The notes: a model not told the origin generated them from the letters alone. A stretch of DNA of 53,255 bases from Bacteroidia bacterium (GCA_035439365.1 DAORKB010000003.1:1-53255), one strand, 5' to 3'; counted from the first letter of the stretch, positions 37,128 to 46,907 are shown. Translations and numbers: made by a program.

Positions 37128-38438
37128 ATGGCATTAAAACGAGAAAAATCAGAAGCATTATTTGAAAAAGCAAAATCCTATTTCCCTGGAGGTGTAAACT
37201 CTCCGGTTCGGGCATTTCGATCAGTAGGAGGTACACCGTTGTTTATTGAACGTGGTAAAGGATCACATATCTGGGATGCTGATGGAAACGAGTTTATTGA
37301 TTATTGCGGCTCCTGGGGGCCATTGATTTTAGGACATGCGAATGAAAAAGTGGTAAATGCCATAAAGAAAACAGTGGAGAACGGTAGCTCTTTTGGTGCA
37401 CCAACAGCTTTGGAAAATCAATTGGCGGAGCTGATTTTATCCAACAATAAATTTGTTGAAAAAATACGATTTGTGAGTTCAGGTACAGAAGCGGTGATGA
37501 GTGCCATTCGATTAGCAAGAGGATATACCAAACGAAATAAAATTTTAAAATTTGAAGGTTGCTATCATGGTCATAGCGATTCATTATTGGTAAAAGCAGG
37601 ATCAGGATTGGTAACATTCGGCAATACATCATCTGATGGAATTCCTCAATCATTCGTGGATGAAACCATTGTTGTTTCATTGAACAGCGAAGCAGCCCTA
37701 AAACAAGCCTTCACCGAATTTAAAGATCAGATTGCTTGTGTGATCATTGAACCTATTCCTGCAAACAATGGATTACTATTGCAACGAAAAGAATACTTGC
37801 AGTTCTTACGTGATATTTGTACAGAAAATAAAACCGTATTGATTTTTGATGAGGTGATCAATGGCTTTAGAATAGGATTTACCGGAGCTGCCGGCTATTA
37901 TAATATTCAACCGGATATTATTACCTATGGGAAAATTATTGGTGGTGGTTTACCTGTGGGGATGTATGGAAGCAGTGCAAAAATCATGAGCTCCATTTCT
38001 CCGGAAGGAAATGTATACCAAGCCGGAACATTGAGTGGTAACCCGGTTGCGATGGCAGCAGGAATAGCACAATTGACGGAATGTTTAAAACCTGATTTTT
38101 ACAAGAGCTTAGAAACAAAAACCAAATTTTTGATTGACGAAATTTTTAAAAATGTTGGAGCAGCGGCGTCTCAATTAAAAATTTATTCTGTTGGAAGTAT
38201 TTTCTGGATTGCATTTACAGATAAAGACGTGATTCGTTCTGCAGAAGAAATTGATGGCGACTCCATGAAATATTTCAGAATACTGCATAAAGAGTTGTTG
38301 GAAAGAGGGGTGTACCTTGGACCTTCCGGTTATGAAGTGGGCTTTGTTTGTGAAGCACATACACAGGATGATTTATTAAAAACAGCAAAAGCATTTGCAG
38401 AAGCATTGGAGATTGCGTTGAAGAAGGAAACCGCATAA
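37128..38438 (+). CDS. hemL: Glutamate-1-semialdehyde 2,1-aminomutase
   Basis: MALKREKSEALFEKAKSYFPGGVNSPVRAF is the typical HemL N-terminus, and the PLP Lys lies in YGKIIGGG. The track start at 37074 would include the promoter box. Confidence 0.9.
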   Translation: MALKREKSEALFEKAKSYFPGGVNSPVRAFRSVGGTPLFIERGKGSHIWDADGNEFIDYCGSWGPLILGHANEKVVNAIKKTVENGSSFGAPTALENQLAELILSNNKFVEKIRFVSSGTEAVMSAIRLARGYTKRNKILKFEGCYHGHSDSLLVKAGSGLVTFGNTSSDGIPQSFVDETIVVSLNSEAALKQAFTEFKDQIACVIIEPIPANNGLLLQRKEYLQFLRDICTENKTVLIFDEVINGFRIGFTGAAGYYNIQPDIITYGKIIGGGLPVGMYGSSAKIMSSISPEGNVYQAGTLSGNPVAMAAGIAQLTECLKPDFYKSLETKTKFLIDEIFKNVGAAASQLKIYSVGSIFWIAFTDKDVIRSAEEIDGDSMKYFRILHKELLERGVYLGPSGYEVGFVCEAHTQDDLLKTAKAFAEALEIALKKETA

Positions 38439-38449
38439 CCTGACAGGTT
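38437..38449. repeat. 13-bp palindrome P (aacctgacaggtt), copy 1
   Basis: Overlaps the hemL stop codon (taa at 38436-38438). Confidence 0.85.
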
Positions 38450-38504
38450 TGAGGTAATATGAGGTGATGAGCTGAATTAAATTTCTCACTTAATGAAATA
38501 AAAT

Positions 38505-38548
38505 GAACCTGTCAGGTTTAAAACAATTTCTTTAAACCTGACAGGTTC
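38505..38548. repeat. Perfect 18-bp-stem hairpin built from P copies 2 and 3
   Basis: gaacctgtcaggtttaaa + 8-nt loop (acaatttc) + tttaaacctgacaggttc, read directly from the sequence. Confidence 0.85.
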
Positions 38549-38560
38549 TTCAAATTGCAA

Positions 38561-38591
38561 AATCTTAAAGGTTTTTAAAACCTTTGAGATT
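38561..38591. repeat. Palindrome Q, copy 1 (aatcttaaaggttt ttaa aacctttgagatt)
   Basis: 13-bp arms with one G-T position. Related to Q copy 2 through a compensatory pair change. Confidence 0.8.
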
Positions 38592-38614
38592 TCATATTAA
38601 AAATATTTCCCATG

Positions 38615-38809
38615 TTATAGTTTTCCACTCGAATAAATGGTTTTATCCATTCTGGGTGGATTACTTAAATCGTAATTATAAGCAACACTTTGAAGATATA
38701 AGAATACCTCTGCAATTTGCTGAATGGTAAAACCTTTGTAATGTTCACTTTCTTTTACAAATGTTTTGTGATTACTACTTTTGGAATAGCTCCTATCGAA
38801 TTTGAACAT
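38615..38809 (-). CDS. Orphan 64-aa ORF (75 aa if the TTG at 38842 inside palindrome Q2 is used), no recognisable family
   Basis: It is the only open frame in the 515-bp gap and is bracketed by the Q palindromes. Coding status is unproven. Confidence 0.25.
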   Translation of the reverse strand: MFKFDRSYSKSSNHKTFVKESEHYKGFTIQQIAEVFLYLQSVAYNYDLSNPPRMDKTIYSSGKL

Positions 38810-38833
38810 AGTCAAAAATAAACAAATGGTTAC

Positions 38834-38866
38834 AAATCTCAAAGATTTTTAAAATCTTTGAGATTT
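38834..38866. repeat. Palindrome Q, copy 2 (perfect 16-bp arms, aaatctcaaagatttt t aaaatctttgagattt)
   Basis: Read directly from the sequence. Confidence 0.85.
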
Positions 38867-38881
38867 AATATATTCAATTTA

Positions 38882-38894
38882 AACCTGACAGGTT
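38882..38894. repeat. Palindrome P, copy 4 (aacctgacaggtt)
   Basis: Read directly from the sequence. Confidence 0.85.
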
Positions 38895-38947
38895 CCTCCT
38901 ATTAAATCTATTGCAAGCTATACAATGAATCACATTTAAGAGCCTAA

Positions 38948-38960
38948 AACCTGTCAGGTT
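38948..38960. repeat. Palindrome P, copy 5 (aacctgtcaggtt)
   Basis: Overlaps the stop codon of the minus-strand gene that ends at 38954. Confidence 0.85.
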
Positions 38961-39817
38961 GCGAGGTATAACAACACACCCTGCAAAATCATTGTGCCAT
39001 CAATACCAGCTACAAAAAAATACTCCGACCGTTTGGAGCTACTCAAGGCTACCAATACCGTATTAATAATTGCAGATAAAATCAAAGCAGCGAATACTGG
39101 AAATGTCAAGAACTGAAAACAATATGCGGCAACAATTAATGCTTCGTAAAGGATCATAAAAAAAATGGCAAATCTTCTTGTTTTGTTTTCGCCTAATAAA
39201 TGTGGAAGTGTGGAAATCTCATCTGCTTCATCAATCTTTAAATCGCGTATATCAAAAGGGATGCAGATCGCCAGCATAAAACAAAAGCGAATGCAGATAT
39301 GAAAGATGTTTTTTAAATCTGTTAATGATTGATTTTTTAAAAGAATGGGAACAACTGCTGTTACAATGGTCCAGACACTAACAAGTGTAAACAGTTTTAA
39401 AAATGGATGTTTGCGTAATTTAACAATAGGTATAAAATAAGCCAGGCAAAGAATAAGTAAAGGGGAGAGATAAAAAATAAGATGCTTGTCGACATAAAAA
39501 AAACTTACAGAAACACCTGTAAAACCTATTAAAGCAAGTACTTTTATAAGTGAGGCATTATTGAATATCCAAATTCGTCTGACAGAATGTAATGTTGTAT
39601 TTTGTTGTGGTTTATAAAAAATACGTTGAAAATTATAAACGAAAAGTGTAGCAAAAAAAACGAGAAAAGAATAAGGGATCAATACATCATTTAATTGTAA
39701 TTGAGTGCTGCTGCTTTGAACCAAACAAGCGGCACCCAGGGCAACATAAACATTACCAAAAAGTAAAAAATCCCAGAAACGCTTCAACGTCAATTTCACT
39801 CCTTTGAATTTTTGCAA
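38954..39817 (-). CDS. Polytopic membrane protein, distantly UbiA-prenyltransferase-like
   Basis: About 8 TM helices. IPFDIRDLKIDEADEISTLPHLLG resembles the second Asp-rich UbiA motif, but I do not see the first motif. TTG start as listed. Confidence 0.4.
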   Translation of the reverse strand: MQKFKGVKLTLKRFWDFLLFGNVYVALGAACLVQSSSTQLQLNDVLIPYSFLVFFATLFVYNFQRIFYKPQQNTTLHSVRRIWIFNNASLIKVLALIGFTGVSVSFFYVDKHLIFYLSPLLILCLAYFIPIVKLRKHPFLKLFTLVSVWTIVTAVVPILLKNQSLTDLKNIFHICIRFCFMLAICIPFDIRDLKIDEADEISTLPHLLGENKTRRFAIFFMILYEALIVAAYCFQFLTFPVFAALILSAIINTVLVALSSSKRSEYFFVAGIDGTMILQGVLLYLAT

Positions 39818-39852
39818 AGGTAAGTATTCGGGATAGGATATTGTTTTGAATA

Positions 39853-40503
39853 TTACTTAATCAACTGGATATCGTAATTCTGTAAAATCAGAAATGTTCC
39901 AAGTCCAGCTACCAGTCCAATTCCACCACCGATGAGCGATTGTATTTTACGGTTTCTTCGCGCCATACGTTCATAGCCCATCACATAGGTTGGATGATTT
40001 AAATCGGTTGGATATCTAACCGTGTTTTGCTTAATTTTTACTTTGGGTAAACCAACAAGTGTGGCAAATGTAAAAGCAGGAATGGGAAAGAAAAAGGTCC
40101 CGCTGATTCCCCCTGCAATACCAATAATCATGTTGGTAAAAAATGCGGGTCTAGCTTTGAACCCTTTTTTACCATCCTGTTCACCTCTTATAAAATACCG
40201 CATCTCGGAGACTGTAAATTCGTTTCCGGCCGAAGAATCGATGTAATAGAGTATATGTTCACCTGTTTTATTGGTATATGAAAAGATCCTGTCCGTCTCT
40301 ATTGTCGATCCTTGCGCCGTTTTTTCCGACTCTTTGAGTACCAGATAGGTAGGTGCAATTTCAGAAATAACGCCGGTAAGGATCCCACCGGTTAAAAGCA
40401 GAACCGTATCCTTCTTCAAAACGAGGTCTTTTTTGGTTTGAGAAACACCTGTATTTATCATCAAAATGGTTAAAATTAGGGCAATTCGAAAGATTTTTAT
40501 CAT
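39853..40503 (-). CDS. Hypothetical protein with a signal peptide and C-terminal TM segments
   Basis: 216-aa ORF with an N-terminal signal and Gly-rich hydrophobic segments (IIGIAGGISGTFFF, LIGGGIGLVAGLGTFLIL). Confidence 0.45.
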   Translation of the reverse strand: MIKIFRIALILTILMINTGVSQTKKDLVLKKDTVLLLTGGILTGVISEIAPTYLVLKESEKTAQGSTIETDRIFSYTNKTGEHILYYIDSSAGNEFTVSEMRYFIRGEQDGKKGFKARPAFFTNMIIGIAGGISGTFFFPIPAFTFATLVGLPKVKIKQNTVRYPTDLNHPTYVMGYERMARRNRKIQSLIGGGIGLVAGLGTFLILQNYDIQLIK

Positions 40504-40587
40504 CAGGCACTGTTTTATTAGTTTAGAAGCATGAATTAAATCTTAATTTCTTTAACTTTAGGAAGCTGAACAAATCGAATTTCTAAG

Positions 40588-40595
40588 TATATTTG
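40588..40595 (+). promoter_or_regulatory. Candidate -7 box (tatatttg) for gcvP
   Basis: Exact TAnnTTTG, 25 nt upstream of the 40621 ATG. Confidence 0.5.
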
Positions 40596-40620
40596 CATTC
40601 CAAAATTAAAATAAAATTCC

Positions 40621-43494
40621 ATGATTCATACTGATAAATTCGTAAATCGCCACAATGGACCAAGTGAAAGCGATGTAAAGGCAATGCTGAAAAAGATCGG
40701 AGCAAACTCTGTTGATGAGCTAATCGAACAAACAATTCCTTCTGCAATCCGATTGAAAAAACCATTGAACCTTCCTAAAGGACTTACAGAATATCAGTAT
40801 CACAAGCAGCTTCGAAAAATGGCTGCAAAAAATAAAGTGTTTAAAACCTATTTAGGATTAGGATATTACAATACAATTATTCCACCGGTTGTTCAACGTA
40901 ACGTTCTTGAAAACCCAGGTTGGTACACAGCTTACACACCATACCAGGCAGAAATCGCACAAGGCCGTTTAGAGGCATTGTTAAATTTCCAGACAATGGT
41001 GATGGATCTTACCGGAATGGAAATCGCAAATGCTTCCTTATTGGATGAAGCAACTGCTGCTGCAGAAGCAATGGCAATGTTATTCAGCAACCGTTCCCGT
41101 GAAGCTGTTAAAAATAATGCAACAAAATTTTTTGTTTCGAACGAATGCTATCCTCAAACGATAGATTTATTAAAAACACGGTCCACTCCATTAGGAATTG
41201 AGCTTGTGATTGGTGATTTCAAAGGCGTAACATTGGATAGCTCCGTATACGGTGTATTATTACAATATCCTACAGTGGATGGTAAAGTTCATGAATATGC
41301 TGATTTTGTTAAAAAAGCGAAAGGTAATGGAATTGCAATCGCAGTAGCTGCTGATATATTGAGTCTTGCACTTTTAACACCTCCAGGCGAATGGGGTGCT
41401 GATGTGGTCGTTGGAAACACACAACGTTTTGGTGTTCCAATGGGATATGGCGGACCTCATGCAGCTTATTTTGCTTGTCGTGAAGAGTACAAGCGTATTA
41501 TCCCTGGTCGTATCATTGGTGTTTCTTTAGACGCAGATGGTAACTCCGCATTGCGTATGGCATTGCAAACACGTGAACAACATATCCGCAGAGATAAAGC
41601 AACATCAAATATTTGTACTGCACAAGCTTTACTTGCAATTATGGCAAGTATGTATGCAGTTTATCACGGACCGGATGGCATCAAAGGAATTGCATTACAA
41701 GTGCATTATTCAGCAGTAGCACTTGCTACAGAGATTAAAAAATTAGGATATAAAGTAGATGATGGTCCGTATTTCGACACCATTAAATTAACAGGTACTG
41801 TCAATGCACCAATTAAAGTATTGGCAGAAGCTGCTCAAATCAATTTCCGCTATACCGATACAGGTTTAACAATTGCTGTTGACCAAACTACGGATGCGGA
41901 TGATATCAATGCAATTATTCAGGTACTTGCAAAAGCGGCTGGTAAAACTCCTTCTGTTATTACGGATGCCACAGTTTTAAGTCAGAAAGCAATTGTTGAA
42001 ATACGTAACTCAGCAATTCTTACACATCCTATATTTAATATGTATCATTCTGAATCAGAAATGATGCGTTATATCAAACGTTTGGAAAATAAGGATTTGT
42101 CGTTGACCCATTCCATGATATCATTAGGCTCCTGCACAATGAAGTTGAATGCAGCATCTGAATTAATGCCAATCACATGGCCGGAATTTGCGCACATACA
42201 TCCATTTGTTCCAATTGAGCAAGCAGAGGGATACATTGAAATTATCGAAGAATTAGATAAATCGTTAAGTGAAATTACCGGTTTTGCAAAAATGAGCTTT
42301 CAACCAAACTCCGGAGCACAAGGTGAGTACGCTGGTTTATTGGTAATTCAGGCATATCACCAATCTCGTGGGGATGCACACCGTAATATCGTATTGATCC
42401 CAACTTCTGCACACGGTACCAACCCTGCAAGTGCTGCAATGTGTGGTTTGCAAATCGTGTTGGTAAAATGTGATGAAAAAGGAAATATCGATGTAAACGA
42501 TATGCGTGAAAAAGCAACCAAACATAAAGATAATTTATCGTGTTTGATGGTTACGTATCCAAGTACGCATGGTGTTTATGAGGAAAGCATTATTGAAATC
42601 ACAGACATCATTCATAAAAATGGTGGACAAGTTTACATGGATGGTGCAAATATGAATGCACAGGTGGGTTTAACAAGTCCGGGAAATATCGGTGCAGATG
42701 TTTGTCACTTAAACTTGCATAAAACATTTGCAATTCCACACGGCGGGGGTGGGCCTGGAATGGGACCAATCGGTGTTGCAAAACAATTGGTACCGTTTTT
42801 ACCGTCTCACTCACTGGTTAAAACAGGTGGTGATCAGGGAATTCATGCGGTATCAGCAGCTCCATTCGGAAGCGCATTGATTTTACTGATTTCTTATGGT
42901 TATGTAAAAATGCTTGGAGGTGAAGGAGTTACGGAAGCAACAAGAATGGCGATTTTAAATGCAAACTACATTAAAGAAAGCTTAAAGGGTTCATACGAAA
43001 CACTTTACAGTGGTAAAAATGGTCGTTGTGCACACGAAATGATTTTGGATTGTGTTGGCTTTAAACGTGAGGCTGGAATCGAAGTGGGTGATATCGCAAA
43101 ACGTTTGATGGATTATGGTTACCATGCTCCTACAGTGGCGTTTCCGGTACACGATACCTTAATGGTAGAACCAACCGAAAGTGAATCGAAAGAAGAATTG
43201 GATCGTTTTTGCTCAGCAATGATTTCTATCAGAAAAGAAATTGATGAAATTATTGCAGGTAAAGCCGATAAAGATGATAATGTGATTAAGAATGCACCGC
43301 ATACAGCGAAATCTGTCATCAATGATAATTGGAAACACAGCTATTCCAGAGAAAAAGCAGTTTATCCATTGAAATGGGTAAAAGAGGCTAAATTCTGGCC
43401 AAGTGTGGCTCGTGTTGACAACGCACACGGTGATAGAAACCTTATCTGCGCTTGCCCTCCGATCGAAAGTTATATGGAAAAGGAAATGGCATAA
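40621..43494 (+). CDS. gcvP: Glycine dehydrogenase (decarboxylating), single-chain P protein
   Basis: 957 aa. Motifs [28 protein letters not shown] and the PLP site [16 protein letters not shown]. Confidence 0.95.
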   Translation: MIHTDKFVNRHNGPSESDVKAMLKKIGANSVDELIEQTIPSAIRLKKPLNLPKGLTEYQYHKQLRKMAAKNKVFKTYLGLGYYNTIIPPVVQRNVLENPGWYTAYTPYQAEIAQGRLEALLNFQTMVMDLTGMEIANASLLDEATAAAEAMAMLFSNRSREAVKNNATKFFVSNECYPQTIDLLKTRSTPLGIELVIGDFKGVTLDSSVYGVLLQYPTVDGKVHEYADFVKKAKGNGIAIAVAADILSLALLTPPGEWGADVVVGNTQRFGVPMGYGGPHAAYFACREEYKRIIPGRIIGVSLDADGNSALRMALQTREQHIRRDKATSNICTAQALLAIMASMYAVYHGPDGIKGIALQVHYSAVALATEIKKLGYKVDDGPYFDTIKLTGTVNAPIKVLAEAAQINFRYTDTGLTIAVDQTTDADDINAIIQVLAKAAGKTPSVITDATVLSQKAIVEIRNSAILTHPIFNMYHSESEMMRYIKRLENKDLSLTHSMISLGSCTMKLNAASELMPITWPEFAHIHPFVPIEQAEGYIEIIEELDKSLSEITGFAKMSFQPNSGAQGEYAGLLVIQAYHQSRGDAHRNIVLIPTSAHGTNPASAAMCGLQIVLVKCDEKGNIDVNDMREKATKHKDNLSCLMVTYPSTHGVYEESIIEITDIIHKNGGQVYMDGANMNAQVGLTSPGNIGADVCHLNLHKTFAIPHGGGGPGMGPIGVAKQLVPFLPSHSLVKTGGDQGIHAVSAAPFGSALILLISYGYVKMLGGEGVTEATRMAILNANYIKESLKGSYETLYSGKNGRCAHEMILDCVGFKREAGIEVGDIAKRLMDYGYHAPTVAFPVHDTLMVEPTESESKEELDRFCSAMISIRKEIDEIIAGKADKDDNVIKNAPHTAKSVINDNWKHSYSREKAVYPLKWVKEAKFWPSVARVDNAHGDRNLICACPPIESYMEKEMA

Positions 43495-43626
43495 GTTGAA
43501 CTTAACTTAGGGTTAATTTTTATTTTTTAAAATTTGTGTAAACCGATTTTGATTAGTAGGTTTGTCGTAGGACTAAAATTTAGGAATTGACCTTAAGAAT
43601 TATTAATTAACCTTAAATATTTAACT

Positions 43627-45027
43627 ATGAAAAAAATTTACTTATCAATGGCTGCACTAGCACTTTCGTGTGTGATGTTCGGTCAAAATAGTGAAGGGGG
43701 ATTGGCACCAAGCCTTAATACCCTCGAGAGAAAGGCTGGATTGAGTATTAAGACAAATAGTGATAGAAGTACAGATTATAAATATTGGATCGATCCGATC
43801 GCTGATATGATGTATAATAAAGGTGTAAAGATTCTCTCAACGGATCCTCCTCCAAGAGAACAAACAATTTATCTTGCTCCTTTGTTTGCTGACTCAACAG
43901 CCAAAATTTGTAATTACAATGCGAATCAAACAGTAGGATATAACTACGCGGGAACTGTTTTGGATATGAGCTCTGTATTTTTAAAACCAGGGCCAAACGG
44001 ACCAACTGGAATTTGGGAGCCTATCATTACAAATAAGGACCCATTTACGATCGACTCACTAGACATCTGGGCATCGTATAACAGAGCACCTGGATTTAAA
44101 GCATTAAACGATACATTATATGTATGGCTTGTATGGGGTGATACCTCTAACACAGCTGTTTGGAAAAAAAGATTCACAAACGAAGCGTATAGCCCATGGA
44201 TTTCTTCATGGAGATCGTATGCATTTGGGCCACAACTGAAAGGAAATGGACCTGGTACATTGGCTGCTGTAGAACCTGCTGCACCATCAACAAACGTATG
44301 GTTTACAAAACGTGTGTTAACAGATAAAGATACTGCTAAACCTCAGTCTTCAAATTACGTTTATGTACCAGTAGGTCAGGTTATCCCTGCAGGTAACATC
44401 GTTGCATGCTTCTATACATATGTTCCAAATAAAGATGCGCATACACCAGGTGGCGTATTCTACAGATTCCAAGGCCCTAACGGTGAGGCTCCTGTGAATC
44501 CTCAGGAAACTAACGGTTTCGCAGCAGCCGTTTGGGAACAAGCATCTCCTGTGCCGACAAAAGATTCTCTTTGGCAAGATCACCAAATCGATCCAACACC
44601 TGGCAATAAGTCTACTGGTATCCGTTTAACAAAATTCGGAAGATATGGAATTAGCTCAGTTGCTGGTAACAATACATCTATGATTCCAACTCCTAATACA
44701 ACTCAGGCAATTGGCTTCAAAGTAAAAGGAAAAAGTACAGTTGGAATTCTTGAGCAAAATGAGAATTTCTCATTGGGTCAAAATTCACCAAACCCATTCA
44801 GAGCAGAAACAACAATTGCATATAACTTGAAATCATCTGCAAAAAATGTTTCTTTCTATATTTACAACATCTCTGGAGTAAGAGTGTTTGAACAATCACA
44901 ATTAAACACAGGTGCTGGATCATATTCAATTGTATATGACAATTCAAAATTAGCTGCTGGAATTTATTTCTATACACTACAAGTTGATGGTCATCGATTG
45001 ACTAGAAAAATGGTTATCTCTGAATAA
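43627..45027 (+). CDS. Secreted protein with a T9SS C-terminal sorting domain
   Basis: Signal peptide. The C-terminus QNSPNPFRAETTIAYNL...AAGIYFYTLQVDGHRLTRKMVISE is a Por_Secre_tail-type CTD. Confidence 0.75.
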   Translation: MKKIYLSMAALALSCVMFGQNSEGGLAPSLNTLERKAGLSIKTNSDRSTDYKYWIDPIADMMYNKGVKILSTDPPPREQTIYLAPLFADSTAKICNYNANQTVGYNYAGTVLDMSSVFLKPGPNGPTGIWEPIITNKDPFTIDSLDIWASYNRAPGFKALNDTLYVWLVWGDTSNTAVWKKRFTNEAYSPWISSWRSYAFGPQLKGNGPGTLAAVEPAAPSTNVWFTKRVLTDKDTAKPQSSNYVYVPVGQVIPAGNIVACFYTYVPNKDAHTPGGVFYRFQGPNGEAPVNPQETNGFAAAVWEQASPVPTKDSLWQDHQIDPTPGNKSTGIRLTKFGRYGISSVAGNNTSMIPTPNTTQAIGFKVKGKSTVGILEQNENFSLGQNSPNPFRAETTIAYNLKSSAKNVSFYIYNISGVRVFEQSQLNTGAGSYSIVYDNSKLAAGIYFYTLQVDGHRLTRKMVISE

Positions 45028-45047
45028 TCAGTTTCTCACATAAAAAA

Positions 45048-45080
45048 ACAAAAGGCCGGTTTTACCGGCCTTTGTTTTTA
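45048..45080. terminator. Bidirectional rho-independent terminator
   Basis: acaaaggccggt-ttt-accggcctttgt stem, with an A-run before it and a T-run after it, between convergent genes. Confidence 0.8.
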
Positions 45081-45112
45081 TATAAAAAATTTAATCACTA
45101 GAGAACACCAAC

Positions 45113-45865
45113 TTAAAATTTACTCTTCAACTCTTTCATAAACTTAGTCGCATACACAAAATCAATAATCTCCGGGTTATCTGTTTTTAAAATCTCCCTT
45201 TTACCACCTTCCCAGTGTTTGTTTCCCTTGTAAATAAACAGGATCTGGTCACCAATTTCAATAACCGAATTCATATCATGAGTAATAACAACGGTTGTAA
45301 TGTTGTACTCTTCTGTAATTTCTTGAATCAAACTATCAATCACAATTGATGTTTTAGGGTCAAGACCGGAGTTGGGTTCATCACAAAATAAATACTTTGG
45401 TTGTACAGCAATAGCACGGGCAATTGCTACCCTTTTTTTCATCCCACCACTAATTTCAGAAGGATATAAGTGATTAATATTTTCAAGATTTACACGTTGC
45501 AAACAAAAGTTGGCCCTGTCTCTGCGCTCTTGCTCTGTCAGATCGGTAAACATGGCAATCGGAAAAGCAATATTTTCTTCCACTGTTTTGGAGTCAAATA
45601 AAGCACCTCCCTGAAAAAGCATGCCTATTTCTTTCCGGATTTCTTTTTTGCCATTGAAGTCGAGATCAAAAAAATTACGACCATCAAATAATACTTCACC
45701 ATTATCAATCGTGTTCAATCCAACCATACATTTAAGCAGCGTTGTTTTCCCTGAGCCACTCGCACCGATGATCATGTTTACTTTACCATTTTCAAAGGTG
45801 GAAGAGATGTCATTTAAAACAACTTTATCTCCAAAGGCTTTTGATATGTTTTTGATTTGTATCAA
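45113..45865 (-). CDS. ABC transporter ATP-binding protein (MlaF-like)
   Basis: Walker A GASGSGKTT, signature ISGGMKKR and Walker B LFCDEP. The start overlaps the stop of the upstream permease by 4 nt. Confidence 0.85.
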   Translation of the reverse strand: MIQIKNISKAFGDKVVLNDISSTFENGKVNMIIGASGSGKTTLLKCMVGLNTIDNGEVLFDGRNFFDLDFNGKKEIRKEIGMLFQGGALFDSKTVEENIAFPIAMFTDLTEQERRDRANFCLQRVNLENINHLYPSEISGGMKKRVAIARAIAVQPKYLFCDEPNSGLDPKTSIVIDSLIQEITEEYNITTVVITHDMNSVIEIGDQILFIYKGNKHWEGGKREILKTDNPEIIDFVYATKFMKELKSKF

Positions 45866-46602
45866 ACAAGAAGTAATTGAGTTAAAAGGAAATTAAAGAT
45901 CAGGATCAAAACACTGCTGTATACTACGGCCTTTGTACTTTGCCGTCCAACTTCCAGTGCGCCTCCGTGTGTATAATATCCATGATAGGCAGAAACAGAG
46001 GTGATCAGAAAAGCAAATACTACGGTTTTGATCAATGCATATACAACGTTGTAAGGTCTGAATTCATAGGTAATTCCCAATACATATTCATAATCCGTTA
46101 CAACACCGGTAAGAATTCCAAACACATATCCTCCGATGATACCGAAAAACATAGAAAAGATGATAAGTATAGGATTGAAAAACATGGCGGCCAATACTTT
46201 GGGTTGAATTAAAAAACTCGCTGAGTTAATACCCATGATTTCCAATGCATCAATTTGTTCGGAAACACGCATGGTACCAATTTCGGAAGCAATACTGGAG
46301 CCTACCTTTCCTGCAAGGATGAGACTGACAATGGTTGGTGAAAATTCAAGAATAAGCGAGTCGCGCGCTGCAACACCAACTGCATATGGGGGAATAAGAG
46401 GGCTTTCAAAGTTAAATGCGGATTGTATCGTGATAACGGCACCCATTGCAACAGAAATGATAGCCACAATACCCAATGAACCAATGCCTAATGAATCAAT
46501 CTCCTCGAAAATCCGTGCGCGGTATATGGATGCCTTCTCCGGTTTACGAAACGTACGTTTCAAAAGCATGTAATAACGACCAAACTGGTAAAATAATTTC
46601 AT
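45862..46602 (-). CDS. MlaE-family ABC transporter permease
   Basis: 246 aa. MlaE-like sequence GKVGSSIASEIGTMRVSEQIDALEIMGIN. Confidence 0.8.
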   Translation of the reverse strand: MKLFYQFGRYYMLLKRTFRKPEKASIYRARIFEEIDSLGIGSLGIVAIISVAMGAVITIQSAFNFESPLIPPYAVGVAARDSLILEFSPTIVSLILAGKVGSSIASEIGTMRVSEQIDALEIMGINSASFLIQPKVLAAMFFNPILIIFSMFFGIIGGYVFGILTGVVTDYEYVLGITYEFRPYNVVYALIKTVVFAFLITSVSAYHGYYTHGGALEVGRQSTKAVVYSSVLILIFNFLLTQLLLV

Positions 46603-46667
46603 GGATACATGGAAATTTGGCCTAAAAATAAGAATAATTGAGGATAATATGTATGTTTTTGTTTTGC

Positions 46668-46675
46668 TATATTTG
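46668..46675 (+). promoter_or_regulatory. Candidate -7 box (tatatttg) for the mini-lipoprotein ORF
   Basis: Exact TAnnTTTG, 18 nt upstream of the ATG at 46694. Confidence 0.45.
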
Positions 46676-46693
46676 TAATACAGATCGATTCTT

Positions 46694-46807
46694 ATGAAAA
46701 AGCATTTATTTCTATTGTTCCTGCTGACTGCTGTTTTACTTTCTGCTCCATCATGTCGTGTAAATAAAAAAAAACATTGTGGTGATTGTCCGCATTTTGG
46801 ACGTTAG
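46694..46807 (+). CDS. 37-aa mini-lipoprotein MKKHLFLLFLLTAVLLSAPSCRVNKKKHCGDCPHFGR
   Basis: Signal peptide plus a lipobox-like SAPSC. The predicted mature 17-mer carries HCGDCPH. It has its own -7 box and is below the ORF-track cutoff. Confidence 0.45.
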   Translation: MKKHLFLLFLLTAVLLSAPSCRVNKKKHCGDCPHFGR

Positions 46808-46849
46808 ACAGCACCACATATTTTTGTTCAAAAATTTTGGCAAGCGCAA

Positions 46850-46876
46850 AATACCTACTTTTAGGTATTCATTATC
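46850..46876 (+). promoter_or_regulatory. Inverted repeat AATACCT-N6-AGGTATT overlapping a Fur-box-like half site (attcattatc) upstream of feoA
   Basis: Read directly from the sequence. It lies 24-50 nt upstream of the feoA -7 box. The half site matches AATCATTATC at 9 of 10 positions, and no full 19-mer is present. Confidence 0.3.
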
Positions 46877-46899
46877 CCTAATCATCCCTTAAAAAGCCG

Positions 46900-46907
46900 T
46901 ATTTTTG
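46900..46907 (+). promoter_or_regulatory. Candidate -7 box (tatttttg) for feoAB
   Basis: Exact TAnnTTTG, 13 nt upstream of the 46921 ATG. Confidence 0.45.

Noticed and set aside
28538-38438. The impression that the kynurenine cluster is more GC-rich than its surroundings, which would suggest a horizontally acquired island.
   Set aside because: I cannot compute composition reliably by eye. There are no flanking tRNA, integrase or direct-repeat boundaries, so I am not claiming this.
38437-38960. A possible CRISPR array, because of the repeated palindromes.
   Set aside because: The repeats are only 13 bp and about 32 bp long, come from two different families, are irregularly spaced (14 to about 330 bp) and are symmetric rather than unidirectional. 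There are no cas genes in the window.
40504-40620. A glycine riboswitch upstream of gcvP.
   Set aside because: The intergenic region is only 117 bp, and a -7 promoter box sits 25 nt from the ATG. This leaves no room for a tandem or single glycine aptamer, and I did not see the conserved aptamer core.
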